Assembly: GCA_965202585.1 (NCBI GenBank)
Contig: OZ241827.1
Location: 77,934,001-77,998,000, forward strand
From: Thalia democratica
Lineage: Eukaryota
Length of the DNA stretch: 64,000 nucleotides
Reading direction: 5' to 3'
Position numbers and translations under genes: made by a program. The notes beneath the pieces are model-generated. The model was not told the DNA's origin, did not search any database, and saw only the letters and a program-made list of their open reading frames with translations. Of this stretch, positions 15,001-26,541 are shown piece after piece (the first letter of the stretch is position 1; each line of letters begins with the position of its first letter).

Positions 15001-18000
15001 GCTTTAGTTTTCATTACTAGTTATTTAGTTCTTTATCAGTTAGTTTTATATGCTTTTCTTTGCTAACTGTTAAAAAGCATGCATTGGATCTAATTTTACC
15101 AATCAAGTTACGACATGTTGTTGTTAGTAAACATTTGCATGTACTATATATTGCTATATATTAACTATAACTAATTTTGATTATTCTAAATAAATTTTTA
15201 CAGGTTGGTAGTAGACAGTAAATACGAGGCTACAGGAGCATTGGGTGAGAACAAAAAAAGAAAGTTGAAATTTGACAAACTTACACTGGGAGGATTAGAT
15301 AAAAATAATGATGGTATCATTGGATGCATTGAAGAAATTAAAATTAACCAAATTTTAATTCAAGATCTTCTTCATTACAATAAATTGAGAATTACTAAGA
15401 AACAAGAAGTTCTTGATAGGTTAGTTTCTGTTTCTATACTCTTTATACGTTAGAAGAATATATGGTTATGCTAAATAAAAACTATACGAAATTCCTACTA
15501 TGTTTTAAAAAAATGTATAAATCTAACTATTTTGATGCAACATAGACATTTAGTTTTAATAAGATGTGTTTCATTGAAGTATCAATAAACAATATGTTAA
15601 AATCTACCTAATTTTTCAGATGTAGCATGGATATTGGGTCTTGCGTGAATCATTTTTGTTACAACGGCGGTAAATGCGGACTAGACATGTCTTTAGAGGG
15701 AAATTCCCCAATATGCAAGTGTAGTTCGGGTTATGCAGGGCCTGATTGTCGCAAAAGGAAGGTTTGTGAAGACTTGCCGTGCAAAAATAAAGGAATTTGC
15801 CATTCACAAGCTGTTGAAAGTTTTAGGTTGGTGAAATTTCAAATAGTTTAGTTATTTCCTCAAATATTCAATACTTATATTAATAAAAAAAGCTTAGTCT
15901 GTTTTACAGATATGAACTTAATGTTTTTATGAACTTGTTCTTTGCTCACTTTTAGTAATTAGTAGTACTTTACTTATGGGATATAAAAACCATTAGTTTT
16001 ATCATTATCACAGATGCGAATGTAAAGAAGGTTTTGGAGGAGAATTTTGTGACGTCATATGCAAGGAGGGGTTCACTGGAGTGAATTGTGACGTCATAAT
16101 AAATAAATGTTTCAGTTACGATGAAAATTTTGCTTGCAACTGCTCTTTATCAAATGAAGGTAAGCTTTTTTACTATGGATATTTGCTTTGGATGTAGTAA
16201 TATGTAACTACAAGCAACAAACTAATTTTGACTGCAAACATATTCTAAAAATTTTATTATGTAAAAAATTTGCTGCGAATAAACGTAAAATTTGAAGTTT
16301 TCATGAGAAATGCAAAATTTTTTTTTCATAATATGTAAAGTTTATTGAAATAAAACACTATCTTATCTTAAAAAGACGTTATTTACTAATATTAAACATA
16401 TATGCTTTTAAAAGCTTAAGACTTTAAATTTCAACAGCAGTATTAAAATCAACTACCAAAGTATAATTTGTTTAATATGGATTCTTAAAGACGACTTTAT
16501 CACTTGTTTATTAAAACTAATCCTATTGTTTAAATAGGGATGTATTTTTGTCACGCAATATTTCTTTTTTTTTTTGTATGTCACGCAAAAACTTACAAAT
16601 CTACTATTTATTGATAAGTAATAATAAGAACGTAATAAAATACTATTTATTAGCTGTATGTGTAAAAAAATTATAAAAAGTAGCATAAAAAGTACGTAGT
16701 TGAACTTGTAAAATTCATAGAAAAAAAAGCTTAAACAATTGTAATTGTTTAAAATAGCTTATAAGTTCCAAGTTTAAAAGTTTTAGTTAAAAACTTCAAA
16801 TCAACAAAATAATAATGATGCTAACAGGTTGCAAAACTATCCTAGAAAATCAGACCAACGCGAAGAAATCATCATTTCCTTATTTAATCCTCATAATTGT
16901 TATTTTAATCGTCATAATCGTTGCCACCATAGCAACTGCAGTCGGCTGCTACGTAAGAAGGAGGCGAGGAAAAAAGATGCGAACCGGAAGTACTATTTCC
17001 ACTAAAGAAAAGTTTTATTTGACACAACTGAAACACAGAGAAGGTTTGAATGGTTTACATTAATTTCAAGTTTAATTTTATATAAGTCTTTGAAGTTTAA
17101 TTCATTAAAATCAAAAATATTAACGATCTATAAAATGGTTTATTTCATAGATCACTCATCAGATGGAAACCAGTCGATTCCAAAGCCACCGATTCCTGCA
17201 AGACCTGTTGATTATCAGAGATGTTCAAGAGAAATTATTGACAGCATGGTTGAACAAGTAAATATAATTATTATTATATATTCAGTTCTTAGTTTACAGT
17301 TTGCATACTTCTAATTACTACAATTTAACTATTTAATTATCTGCTTTTAAAAAATTTTCAGTTGAAAACCAATAATGAAATCAACAATTTATCATTAAAA
17401 AAATTAATTGCATGTTTTAAAATAATTTTTCAGGAGCTAAAGAACAGGAAACAGTCAAGTGACGTATTTGACAAAAGTATGACGTCATTCCAGGACAATG
17501 AAAAATTGACGTCATACCAGGATAATGGAAAGCTGACGTCATTGGCTTCCGATTCAACTTCGTTTCAGAAAATTCCCATGTCTTGGACTGACTATGAGCA
17601 CAATCATGTAAGTAGTATAATAAATAACACCAAAAATATTAGCTCAATTTGAAGTTGTTATTTCTGTTAATTAATTATTATAGTTCACACCTGTAAACTG
17701 ACACAATGGTTATTATATTATTTTAATTATAATAAAAAAAAACACAATCTTTATATTTATAAGTTTGATTAAATAAAATTTTAAGTTATTGTAAGCTTTC
17801 ACTGACTGTTCATTAAAACTATAATTTATTTTATTAAGTATATATGTAATTTCGTTTAAACGAAATGCTTCAACTAATTTTTAAACCATCACAGTTCAGC
17901 GGAAGTATATCTGGTTGTTCGTCTTACAGCAAAAGAACTCCGATCCCGTCTGCGAAATCACCGAAACTGTTCACCAGGATTCCCAGATTCCAGCAGCAGT

Positions 18001-20648
18001 CAGTTCACAAAGTAGCAAGCAAGCAGTCCATCGCAGAACAGCGTAAGTTTGATAACAGTAGTCGAGTGGTAGTCAGGCGTAGACTGATTCTTTATTAACT
18101 TTTTCAGTGGACTTTCTTGTTTTATATATTATTTTAATACACTTTTCTCTGTATTTTTAGCAGTGTTTTAGACTCTAATAATAATATGATTTTTTTTTGG
18201 AAAACATTTAAAAAATCCAATAGTTTTAAAGCTTGTTTTTATTTGAAAAACATGTTATTTCTCACTTTTTAAAATTCTTATAATGTAAAATTTTCTTTAA
18301 GACTTGATCTCTTATCATGTATAATTGTTAATAAATTAATTCAATCACAGTTCTAAAATATTAACAGTATGTTAGCTAGACGTAGATATACACTGATTTT
18401 GTTTTAATTTTTCAGTAAACCTTTATAATTTTTAGATTTTCAAATTTTTAACATTTATTTTACTTTATTGTATCTTTTGAAGAAATTTTTGATTCGTAAC
18501 GTATTTTTATTACAAGATATGCTTACAAGTTTAAAAATATTTAACATCTAATTTCAGTTCTAAACAAAGTTAAAAAAATATTAATTTTTGATTAGAACAT
18601 CTTTAAAATGTAAATTTTGTAACTTTGTTTTTTTTTTCTCACTGTTTTCTTAACTAAAATTTGTTTAACCACAGTTTTGTAATTCTAAACAGTTGGAAGA
18701 AAACCAAAAAAATTGAATTTAGCAGAATTCAACCGTAATACAGGTCTATAAATAAAAAGCTTGGTTATGGTGATTTTTGTACAAACTTAGCATGTACTCA
18801 AAAACGTGGTGTTAATCATTATAATAAAATAACTTCAACTGCTTTTCCTGAAATTATCTGAATTTTGAAAGTTACTTGTTTATGTTAACTTTCAAAATCT
18901 TTAACGTGAAAGACTTGTTAAAATTACATAAAACATTGAAAAATAATTTTGATTTCATATAGTTAGGTATATCCAGTTATAAGCTTTTGCTTTATGTTTC
19001 AAAATTTAAGTAAAAGTATGTCAACTATTATTATCTATCCTGTTATACTTAGTGGTTTTACATCTGTTGTACTGTTGTTTGTTTCTAAGTTTTATTTTAA
19101 AACTTTCATCTAAATGAAAAATTTTTAAGTTTACCATGGTTATTAAAAAAAAATATGTTAATTTATCTGGCTTCAAAAATTTTAGTTTTTATTCTAAACG
19201 TATTTTTTTAAACTCAAATGATAACACTTATTTTAACTGCCTTTCATTTTTAGCATGTAAATTATTAAGTTGTGATGAATTTTATTTTTCGTTCAAAACA
19301 AAAGTTATTAATGGTTTTATTAGGTTGTTATTTTGTAATTCGAAAAATAACTTGTTACTTTTATATCGAAACCTCAAAGCATGTTGATAAATCTCATAGC
19401 ATGTGGTTTTTGCATGTGTATTATCATGTAACTTGCATTTATTTCAGTATGTTATATCAGGTTTTTCTATACATGTTTATTTTTTTACAAGAAGTTGTTT
19501 TATTAATTGCATATTTTGAAAAGAAAATTAGTTATCTAAATAATTATTAAAAAGATTCTTAAGAACCCATTAACTTTTTAAACTCAATGATAAAATGTTA
19601 ACTTTTTATGTTTAACTTAAAAAGAAACTTTAAAAAAGTTGTAAAAGTTTCTAAAACTCAATTATAAAATTTGACGAATCCTTTTTAATACTTAAATAAT
19701 TTTATTCACCAGATTACGCATGGGACGTTTCTGATTGGATTAAAAACAACTCGTCGGCGGCCAATCACGTTCCTGAACACGTGACGTCAGTACCAGTGAG
19801 GCTGAACAACAGATCCGACGGTGTTACGTCATCAAACAATCGCGTGACGTCACATTACAACTTGGCTGGTAGAAAACCGAAAAGGAAGGGGAGAAAATGC
19901 AGCGACGCTTCCACAACAGATTCAAAACTGGTTTGTATAAATTTATAAACTTAAAAATTTTTATAAGTCTAAAAATATATATCTAGACATAAAATAGACA
20001 ACTGAATTGGGAAAAAACTTAACATTTGAAGCTTTTATATTATAAGTATATAAATATTTACGTAAGTTACAAGTCAAGATCATTAAATGACAAAGTAATT
20101 ATTTATTAGTTTTGATTCGAGTATTTATTTTTTCAAACCAGATACGTCATCCGCAAGACGACGAAAGCTCCCAGTATGACGTCAGTAGCGAGGTTACGAC
20201 GGCTGCCAGGCAACCCGGGCGCTTATTACGTAGCAACTATGACGTCACCAACCCCCGATTCGAACCTTCGAACCTCCTGCCATCCGTTTCCATGGAGCAC
20301 GAGCGTTTCTCATTGGACGAAAAAATCTCTGAGGCCTCGGCGGATTTCTATGACGACACGGACGAGTACGAAATTTCCGCTCCGATGCCCACCGACATTA
20401 TGACGTCACTTTTGGAGGGCGAGATGGAGGTGGACATGCCGACTCCGGCGAGAGCGCGCAAAAACAAGTTTCACCCCGACCAGTACCTGCCCGCCGTCGT
20501 CACCATGGCAACCAGTTCCTCGTCGTCGGTCGACGGTGACGTCACTGTCCAGTTGCTTGGCAACCAGCTACAGATGTCGTCGCTTTTCGACTTGGAAGAA
20601 GATAACGTCAACAATTCGTTGATGTTACGTCATAATGACAACGCTTGA
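1..20648 (+). CDS. FAT1/3-like: Fat1/3-type protocadherin, unit 1 (5'-partial, 43 exons, about 3190 codons visible; lesions at 3.8-5.0 kb, uninterrupted from 5135 to TGA 20646-20648)
   Basis: Manually spliced GT-AG exons: 1-206, 273-370, 530-764, 3002-3257, 3326-3559, 3663-3931, 4034-4457, 4568-4722, 4860-5018, 5135-5540, 5697-5908, 6210-6461, 6644-6791, 6945-7165, 7231-7417, 7759-7886, 7986-8127, 8438-8601, 8838-8901, 9128-9282, 9413-9570, 9821-10054, 10131-10311, 10384-10533, 10666-10807, 10876-10976, 11059-11191, 11360-11502, 11713-11811, 11983-12133, 12218-12387, 12569-13067, 13253-13477, 13669-14794, 15204-15419, 15620-15826, 16014-16159, 16828-17043, 17151-17257, 17434-17607, 17895-18042, 19713-19930, 20142-20648. 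Repeated cadherin motifs (DxNDNxPxF, LDRE/LDYE, AxDxDxGxNG). Exons from 5135 to the stop sum to 7530 nt (divisible by 3). The cadherin-EGF-single LamG-EGFs-TM order and cytoplasmic motifs match the Fat1/2/3 (Fat-like) family. Confidence 0.9.
13669..14794 (+). CDS. Large GC-rich exon: last cadherin repeat, membrane-proximal Cys-rich/EGF region and N-half of the laminin-G domain (unit 1)
   Basis: ORF 13686-14897 reads KLYATDKDPHD... (cadherin), CVCRKGHAGVNC...C (EGF-like), SFGGNSLIEY...LSLRFRTRQRDAKLL...LSDGNWHDVTI-like (LamG). Acceptor tttcag at 13668, donor gtatga at 14795. Confidence 0.9.
15204..16159 (+). CDS. Exons for LamG C-half (15204-15419) and EGF repeats (15620-15826, 16014-16159), unit 1
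   Basis: LTLGGLD...IIGCIEEIKIN (LamG end); CVNHFCYNGGKC...CKCSSGYAGPDC, CEDLPCKNKGIC...CECKEGFGGEFC (EGF). Splice phases are consistent. Confidence 0.88.
16828..17043 (+). CDS. Transmembrane exon, unit 1
   Basis: PYLILIIVILIVIIVATIATAVGCYV followed by the basic stop-transfer RRRRGKK; flanked by ag/gt. Confidence 0.92.
17151..20648 (+). CDS. Cytoplasmic-tail exons, unit 1 (17151-17257, 17434-17607, 17895-18042, 19713-19930, 20142-20648)
   Basis: PKPPIPARPVDY resembles the Fat1-family PPQVPVRPISY motif; HYAWDVSDW matches the Fat1-3 YHWDxSDW motif; KFHPDQYLP matches the Fat1-3 HPxQYLP motif. Ends ...RHNDNA-TGA. Confidence 0.85.
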
Positions 20649-20719
20649 AAAACTTTACTTTTGAGAAACATTCCCTCTTTTCTCGTTTTCAGTGTCGAAG
20701 TATTTTTGCTGCTGCTTGA

Positions 20720-20729
20720 AATAAATAAA
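20720..20729 (+). other. Candidate polyadenylation signal(s) for unit 1 (overlapping AATAAA); equivalent site follows unit 2 near 57180
   Basis: aaataaataaaa about 70 nt after the stop codon and conserved in unit 2. AT-rich background makes this weak. Confidence 0.35.
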
Positions 20730-22829
20730 AGTTTTAATGAAAGCAGCTTGACGGAAAGCCTTTTAATTTTTGCTGTGATTTGAGGCTTCATTTTTTTAAT
20801 TACTTTAAATATAAAGCTTACATTTTGACATACAAAAGATTTACCTTTTCTAAATAATTTTTCAGTTACCTTTTATAAATAAAATAGCGTTTTTGTTACT
20901 AAGTACTTTTTTCTGTTGTTCAGTTTTTTAACACAGTTTTTTACAGTAAAGTTACTAAGAAATCTCTAGTTTTTTCATCATCCTGTTAATTCAAATAAAA
21001 GTGCCTGGAAAAAAATTTCAAATATTCAAGAAGTTTGAATATGTGGGTATTTGTTAATCGAACATGAGTTTGTGTTATATGTGTATTGTAACTGTTTCAA
21101 AATTGTGATGTTAAACAAATAAACATAAATCATCTAAATAGTTTTTTATTTATACTGTAAGTCTTTTGATTTTTTTTTTAGTTGTTTATATGTTTAACAT
21201 TTGATAACGAATATTAAAATACCTAATTGGTTTAAGCTTATAGGCATATTTGAAAACTGCATGATTTAGGTTGAACTTTCTTATAATTTTATTTCAGTGT
21301 TAAATTTTTATAAAACAACTATTAAATAAATTGTTTTAATTTACTCTCAATAAATTAAGCTATTTTATACTCTTGTTTCAATTAAAATTGAAGTTTAAAG
21401 CACTTTATGTTGCAAGTTTTCTTTTGAAAGTAATAACTGAACATAAACTTCTAAAATCTGTTCAAACTCATTAATATTAAGTCGCTAGAAGACTATAAAG
21501 AAAAGAAGAATGACTTTTGTTTTTTGAATTTAAAGCACGTTTTGAGACTAAAAAGATTTATTTCAAGTTTTCTGAACCCTTAATTCAAACACTATTGGCT
21601 AACTTTTCAGTTATACTTGGTCGATTTTGAAAGGAATTTATACTGTCAAATTATGTAGTGAGAAATAAAACATCGATATTCTTTCGGTTTGCACTTAAGC
21701 TAGTTTGACCTTTTGGTTAGTTCGTTTGTTATGATGTAAAAATGAACCCGTTTTGATCTTAAATAAAAGCTGTAAAATTATACTTTGATTACTAAAAATA
21801 ATTTTCGAACTGCAAAATAAATTACTTGAATATTGAAACTAGTAACATCTAGTACCAAAGTGTTTAAAATCAAGATTTTAATACAAACTAAAACTTTTAT
21901 TTGGCTTTGATATACGTGTAACACAGTTATAATCATTTTATTTCTATAAACAATTCTTTATATTGATTGTCAAGAAATAAAAACCAATATAACCTTTTTG
22001 CTACCTGAAAAAAAACATCTAAACACCAACTTAATCACATTTTTAAATACGTTGATTAGAAAGTTAGGTTCCAAACGCAATTATAACGTTCTAAAGTCTT
22101 CTTGGAATAATTTATTTATAAAAAATATCAAGGACTTCGATGGTTTGTCACAAGAAACGAATATAAACATGTATAAAGAAACAAAATGGTTAGTTTATTT
22201 TTATGAAATTTAAAATGTATCTAAAGGAAAAGACTAAATAAAACTAAATAGCTACTTTTTAGTGAGACCTAATTAATTTATCTAAATGGTTATTAATAAT
22301 AAAAATATGCGTTTGTCGGAATGCTAAATACTACTTTTTCTTATTTTATTTCCTATAATTAAATGATTAAGTTATTTTATTGCTGTAATGTAATTTAAGT
22401 TTATCAAACTTTTTATTTATAATTTTTTATCTAAAATATATCTTAAATATTTTCGTAGTTTGAATTTTTATTCAACGTTTTGATTATACTAATCTCTTTT
22501 TGTCGATGAAAAAAAAACTCCCAGAACTTCACTTTAAATAAAATTAAACTTTACAATTATGACGTAGAAATCAACATGCATAAAATTTCTAAAAATTTTT
22601 GGTATCATTTTTACTTTATAAATAGACTTTTGAACTTGAATAAAATTTTGTAGGGAGTGTACTTTCTACATTTATCAAATACTTAAAAATATAAAATACA
22701 AATTAGTCAACTTAGTATGTAGATAATTTTTAAGACTTTGAATTTATAATAACTAAGAGATATTTTACAACCACTTAGCAAACAACTAATTTTTGAACAA
22801 GTTTAATCTTAAGTATATTTTTAGTAAAT

Positions 22830-23047
22830 ATTTTAAACGCTTAAATTAACATTTGTTTTTTTGATACTACGCTTAAAATGTAAACTTTTAAATAGTGATG
22901 TACCGGACTCACTATCCGGGTCCGGGTCCGGCCGGATAATTTTAAACGCTTAAATTAACATTTGTTTTTTTGATACTACGCTTAAAATGTAAACTTTTAA
23001 ATAGTGATGTACCGGACTCACTATCCGGGTCCGGGTCCGGCCGGATA
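22830..23047 (+). repeat. 109-bp direct tandem duplication containing host flank, target site and the hAT left terminus
   Basis: 22830-22938 is repeated at 22939-23047; tagtgatgtaccgg occurs at 22893 and 23002. Confidence 0.9.
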
Positions 23048-24608
23048 TTGCTATTTTTGTCTGATATCCGGATCCGGCCGGACTCTAATTTAAAAAAAAA
23101 GTCCGGATCCGGTTCCGGCCGGAATCTAATTTGAAAAAAAAGTCCGGATCCGGGTCTGGCCGGATCTCTGTTAGGAATACTAAAAAGTATTTTTTCAAAA
23201 ACAAACCCTTGTAAATTAATAAGAGTCATTTTCGTCAGTTAAAATTATACACCTACCGTGATTGGCTCATTTTGTACATGTGAATAATTTACATTTGTTT
23301 AAATTTAAACTATGAAATAAACATTTCAGAAATGCAACTTTTTACATTTGTTGTAAAATTGAAAACTTTAAAATGAATACTTGCATTATTTATTGTTTAA
23401 AGTTGAGCTCAGAGAATATTTAGAGTTAATACGGTTGAATGTACGAGCCAATGAAAATCATATGACAAAATGTTTCAAACTAAATACTGATGCAACAAAA
23501 CATCAGAACATGACAGGCAGTTTATATATAAGCAGTTAGTTAGTTTGGTGTGCAGCTTGAAGCAACAAAATATCTTGAACTTTTTTGTGAAATTTTGTGA
23601 TAAGTGAATATTTCAACTGGTGTTTAATTGTTTTAATATTTAAGCCAGGTTTATAGTTTAGTAGTTTATTAAAAATTTCACAGTTTCTTGTTTACTAAAA
23701 GTTTTATTTAATTTTTAGTTTATTGTTTTAAGTCTTTTGATATAGATTTAAATAGCTTCCAGTTTTTAAAGTGTTACCAAAGTAATTAAAATTTTTGTAT
23801 ATGCTCGTATTTCTTGTTGTGTTTTATATAAAAGATTCATCACTCAAAACTGTCGTGTCTGATTATAGAAAGTAGCCTCAGTTAGAATTTAGTATTTGTT
23901 AGATATTAATTAAACAAGGTAGGATTTAATTATGGTGGGTAGTACTAGTAAGTTAAGTGTACCACAATCAGTCTACAACTTTACTACCAAATTGTCAACC
24001 TTTGCTAGCTGTCTGATTATTAGATTAAAGTATTTTTTCAGTTTTTAAAAACCTCATTCTGACTCAGGCTTGTTTGTACTCACTCTAGCTAGTTTTATTG
24101 ACTTAAACAGTGGCAACCCTGCTAGTTTGAAAATCTTGGACTGCCTCAGGTTAGTTTAGTTTTTTATAAAAGCACAGGCTAGTTTTCTTTTAAATTTTGA
24201 ATGAGTTTGAGCTGATCCAGTTTTCAATATTTGGTAATTTTCTAAAGTATTTGGTTCAAGAACTTGATTTCAGATTTTCAATTGTAAATAAAACCTAAAT
24301 TTGTAAACCTTGTGGCTAGCTGTTTTACTTATTATTAGATTAAAATTCTTTTTTTTCAGTTTTTAAAAACCTCATTCTGACTCAGGCTAGTTTATACTAG
24401 TGATGTACCGGACTCACTATCCGGGTCCGGGTCCGTCCGGATATTGCCATTTTTGTCTGATATCCGGATCCGGCCGGATTCTAATTTGAAAAAAAAGTCC
24501 GGATCCGGTTCCGGCCGGATTCTAATTTGAAAAAAAAAATTCCGGGTCCGGTTCCGGCCGGATTCTAACTTGAAAAATAAGTCCGGATCCGGGTTCGGTA
24601 CATCACTA
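23002..24608. mobile_element. Non-autonomous composite hAT-type DNA transposon, 1.6 kb
   Basis: TIR TAGTGATGTACCG (23002) / CGGTACATCACTA (24596-24608); 8-bp TSD cttttaaa (22994-23001 and 24609-24616); GC-rich subterminal ccggatccgg repeats; empty site in unit 2 near 59362 (actttcaaaacag); no transposase ORF. Confidence 0.88.
24398..24608. mobile_element. 211-bp MITE-like sub-element with both TIRs forming the right end of the composite hAT
   Basis: Starts with a copy of the left TIR (tagtgatgtaccggactcactatcc), has 3-4 subterminal ccggatccggttccggccgga repeats and ends in the right TIR. Its own flanks (gtttatac / cttttaaa) do not form a TSD. Confidence 0.75.
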
Positions 24609-25049
24609 CTTTTAAAACATAATGAAATTTACTCATTGTTCATTCATTTGATAGCTTATGAAAAATGCGAGAGAATTTATTTGAGAGAAACTAAAAAAAT
24701 AGAAACGAAATGAAGCATAACATAGTTTGCCTGCAGTTTTATGATTGTAGTCCACAAAGAACAATATATGTTTCAGTGTTCTCGATATCTTAAATTAAAC
24801 ATAAATTATTACAAAGTAAACGTTAGAAGTTAGGTTTAATCGACTAAAATATAAAACGTGTCGTTTTTTATTTTAAATTCTAAGTTTCTCTTTTTCAAGT
24901 AAAGTCTTTTTTTTCTCAACATCATAAATTAACAAAACATTGTTTTGTTAATGTTACGCCATAAGGCTTATAACTTCCAACAATCTCATAATCCTAGTAC
25001 TAACACTTTAATATTTATTTATTTTTTAAACAAATGCATATTTCATCAA

Positions 25050-25913
25050 AGATCTAAACAAAGCCGACAACGTTCCGCATGAGTGAGTGGAGTCAAAGGG
25101 GCGCGATAATCGGTGAATTAACGGGAGAAAATCCGCATAAATCTCACGTTGCTTACCAGATCGTGGATTGTAAATCTAAAAGCTGACTAACTTATTAAAC
25201 TGTGGGTGATGTGATCGCTAAAGTTTTATTAAATTTGCGCACAAAACAAACTTACTTTATTTTTTAGGGTCAGCAGATCATAAAAAGTGCATGGTTCAAA
25301 AATGATATTTTAGATGATAGAGGACTAAAATTTTTCAATGGCTTTCAAAAGTTTGTTTAAATAACAAAATAAAATTAACGGTCCTGGAAAGAAAAATTTC
25401 ACTTATTCAAGTAACTATAACTGTCAAGGGTTATAACGACAACTAACTAAAATTTCATTAAAAAAAATTTAATGCTAACTTAGTATCAGATTTTTTCCAT
25501 CGTTTATTGGTTGCATGCAAGCGATCAGGTTCTTAATTAACCAATGAGGGTATTTCTTACAGCGCAGAATCAGAAGGAAGCTTAGATAAAGACACTTTGT
25601 TTTTATTGGACAAAATAAGCGAGTTAATTAGATTCGTCATTAGGTCAATTGGTCGTTTAGAGCGTAAGAGCTACGGGTTAAGGGTAAGGGCAAGAGATTC
25701 TACAGGGAAAAGCACTTAAGCCAGACTGGTTGTCAATGTGTTGCCTAGTAACCTTGGGTAGCAATATGAACAATAAACTGACCATGATAAATGTAACTAA
25801 AAACACCTCCTCTGGACAAGTGGTTGATACCATAAACGCTACTAGATCTGATGTTGTTTATGACATCATAGATTGTTCGGGAAAGGGAGTTTTTAGAGTG
25901 GATCGATATACAG
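25050..25913 (+). pseudogene. Large degenerate cadherin exon (about 2.5 repeats), 5'-most recognisable part of unit 2
   Basis: Fragments VTITVKGYNDN*LKF, GRLERKSYGLRVRARDSTGKST*ARLVVNVLP, INVTKNTSSGQVVDTINATRSDVVYDIIDCSGKGVFRVDRYTG. Stops at 25444 and 25717; donor gttggt at 25914. The 5' edge is approximate. Confidence 0.78.
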
Positions 25914-26463
25914 GTTGGTAAAAGATTGATTAAAAGAAAATTCTAGTCCTAAAATAAGTACATACTTTAAAACTTTATAAGAAAAAGTTAACTTTTAATG
26001 TTTTAACTTTATCAATTGTATTGATGTGAATAACTTTTAATTTGAACTTTTTAAATCTAGTATTTACTTTTATAGACAAGTAATTTTCAGTTTAAAAAGT
26101 TTTAGTAGTATCATAACATGGTGTGTACTTTAAATAATAGTTAGCCTGATTTTTCTTGTTTCATAGTTAATATATCCTCTTTATGTACTTTTAAAACTGT
26201 CTAAGGTTCAAAGAAAACATAATATAATTTTTAGCTTGTACAAAAGTTTCGCACATATTTTTAAGGTTAGGACATAAGAGATTTAGTTATTTTTACATAT
26301 AAACATAAGAACCGAATTTAATTAGTTTTTTAAAGTTATTTTATTTATATCTGACAATCAAAAAGCATTCATAAAAAGTCTTTAAATTTTAATTTTTTCA
26401 AAATCCAAGGTTTAAGTAAACAAGTTCAGTTGAATTTAATGAATTTTTGTTCAAACAAAACTT

Positions 26464-26541
26464 AAATAATTGTTTTGGAATTCTATATATTTCTTAAACA
26501 GTAAAATAATTGTTTTGAATTTTATATATTTCTTAAACAGT
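26464..26541 (+). repeat. 39-bp tandem duplication (2 copies), single copy in the paralogous region near 61235
   Basis: aaataattgttttg(g)aatt(c/t)tatatatttcttaaacagt occurs twice. Confidence 0.8.

Noticed and set aside
1-20648. Assignment to Fat4, Dachsous, CELSR or classical cadherin
   Set aside because: A single LamG, a single TM and the WDxSDW and HPxQYLP tail motifs fit Fat1-3. No 7TM region, second LamG or catenin-binding tail is seen.
22942-23229. 95-aa minus-strand ORF rich in PDPD/SG
   Set aside because: Arises from the hAT subterminal ccggatccgg repeats; no transposase features.
23261-23531. CCAAT boxes (23261, 23448) and TATATATAA (23523) in the hAT cargo as a captured promoter
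   Set aside because: Such short motifs are expected by chance in AT-rich DNA, and no downstream first exon was identifiable.
23002-24608. Regularly spaced palindromic GC-rich repeats that superficially resemble a CRISPR array (likewise the 15-mer arrays)
   Set aside because: Spacers are near-identical rather than unique, TIRs and a TSD explain the structure, the context is eukaryotic and no cas genes are present.
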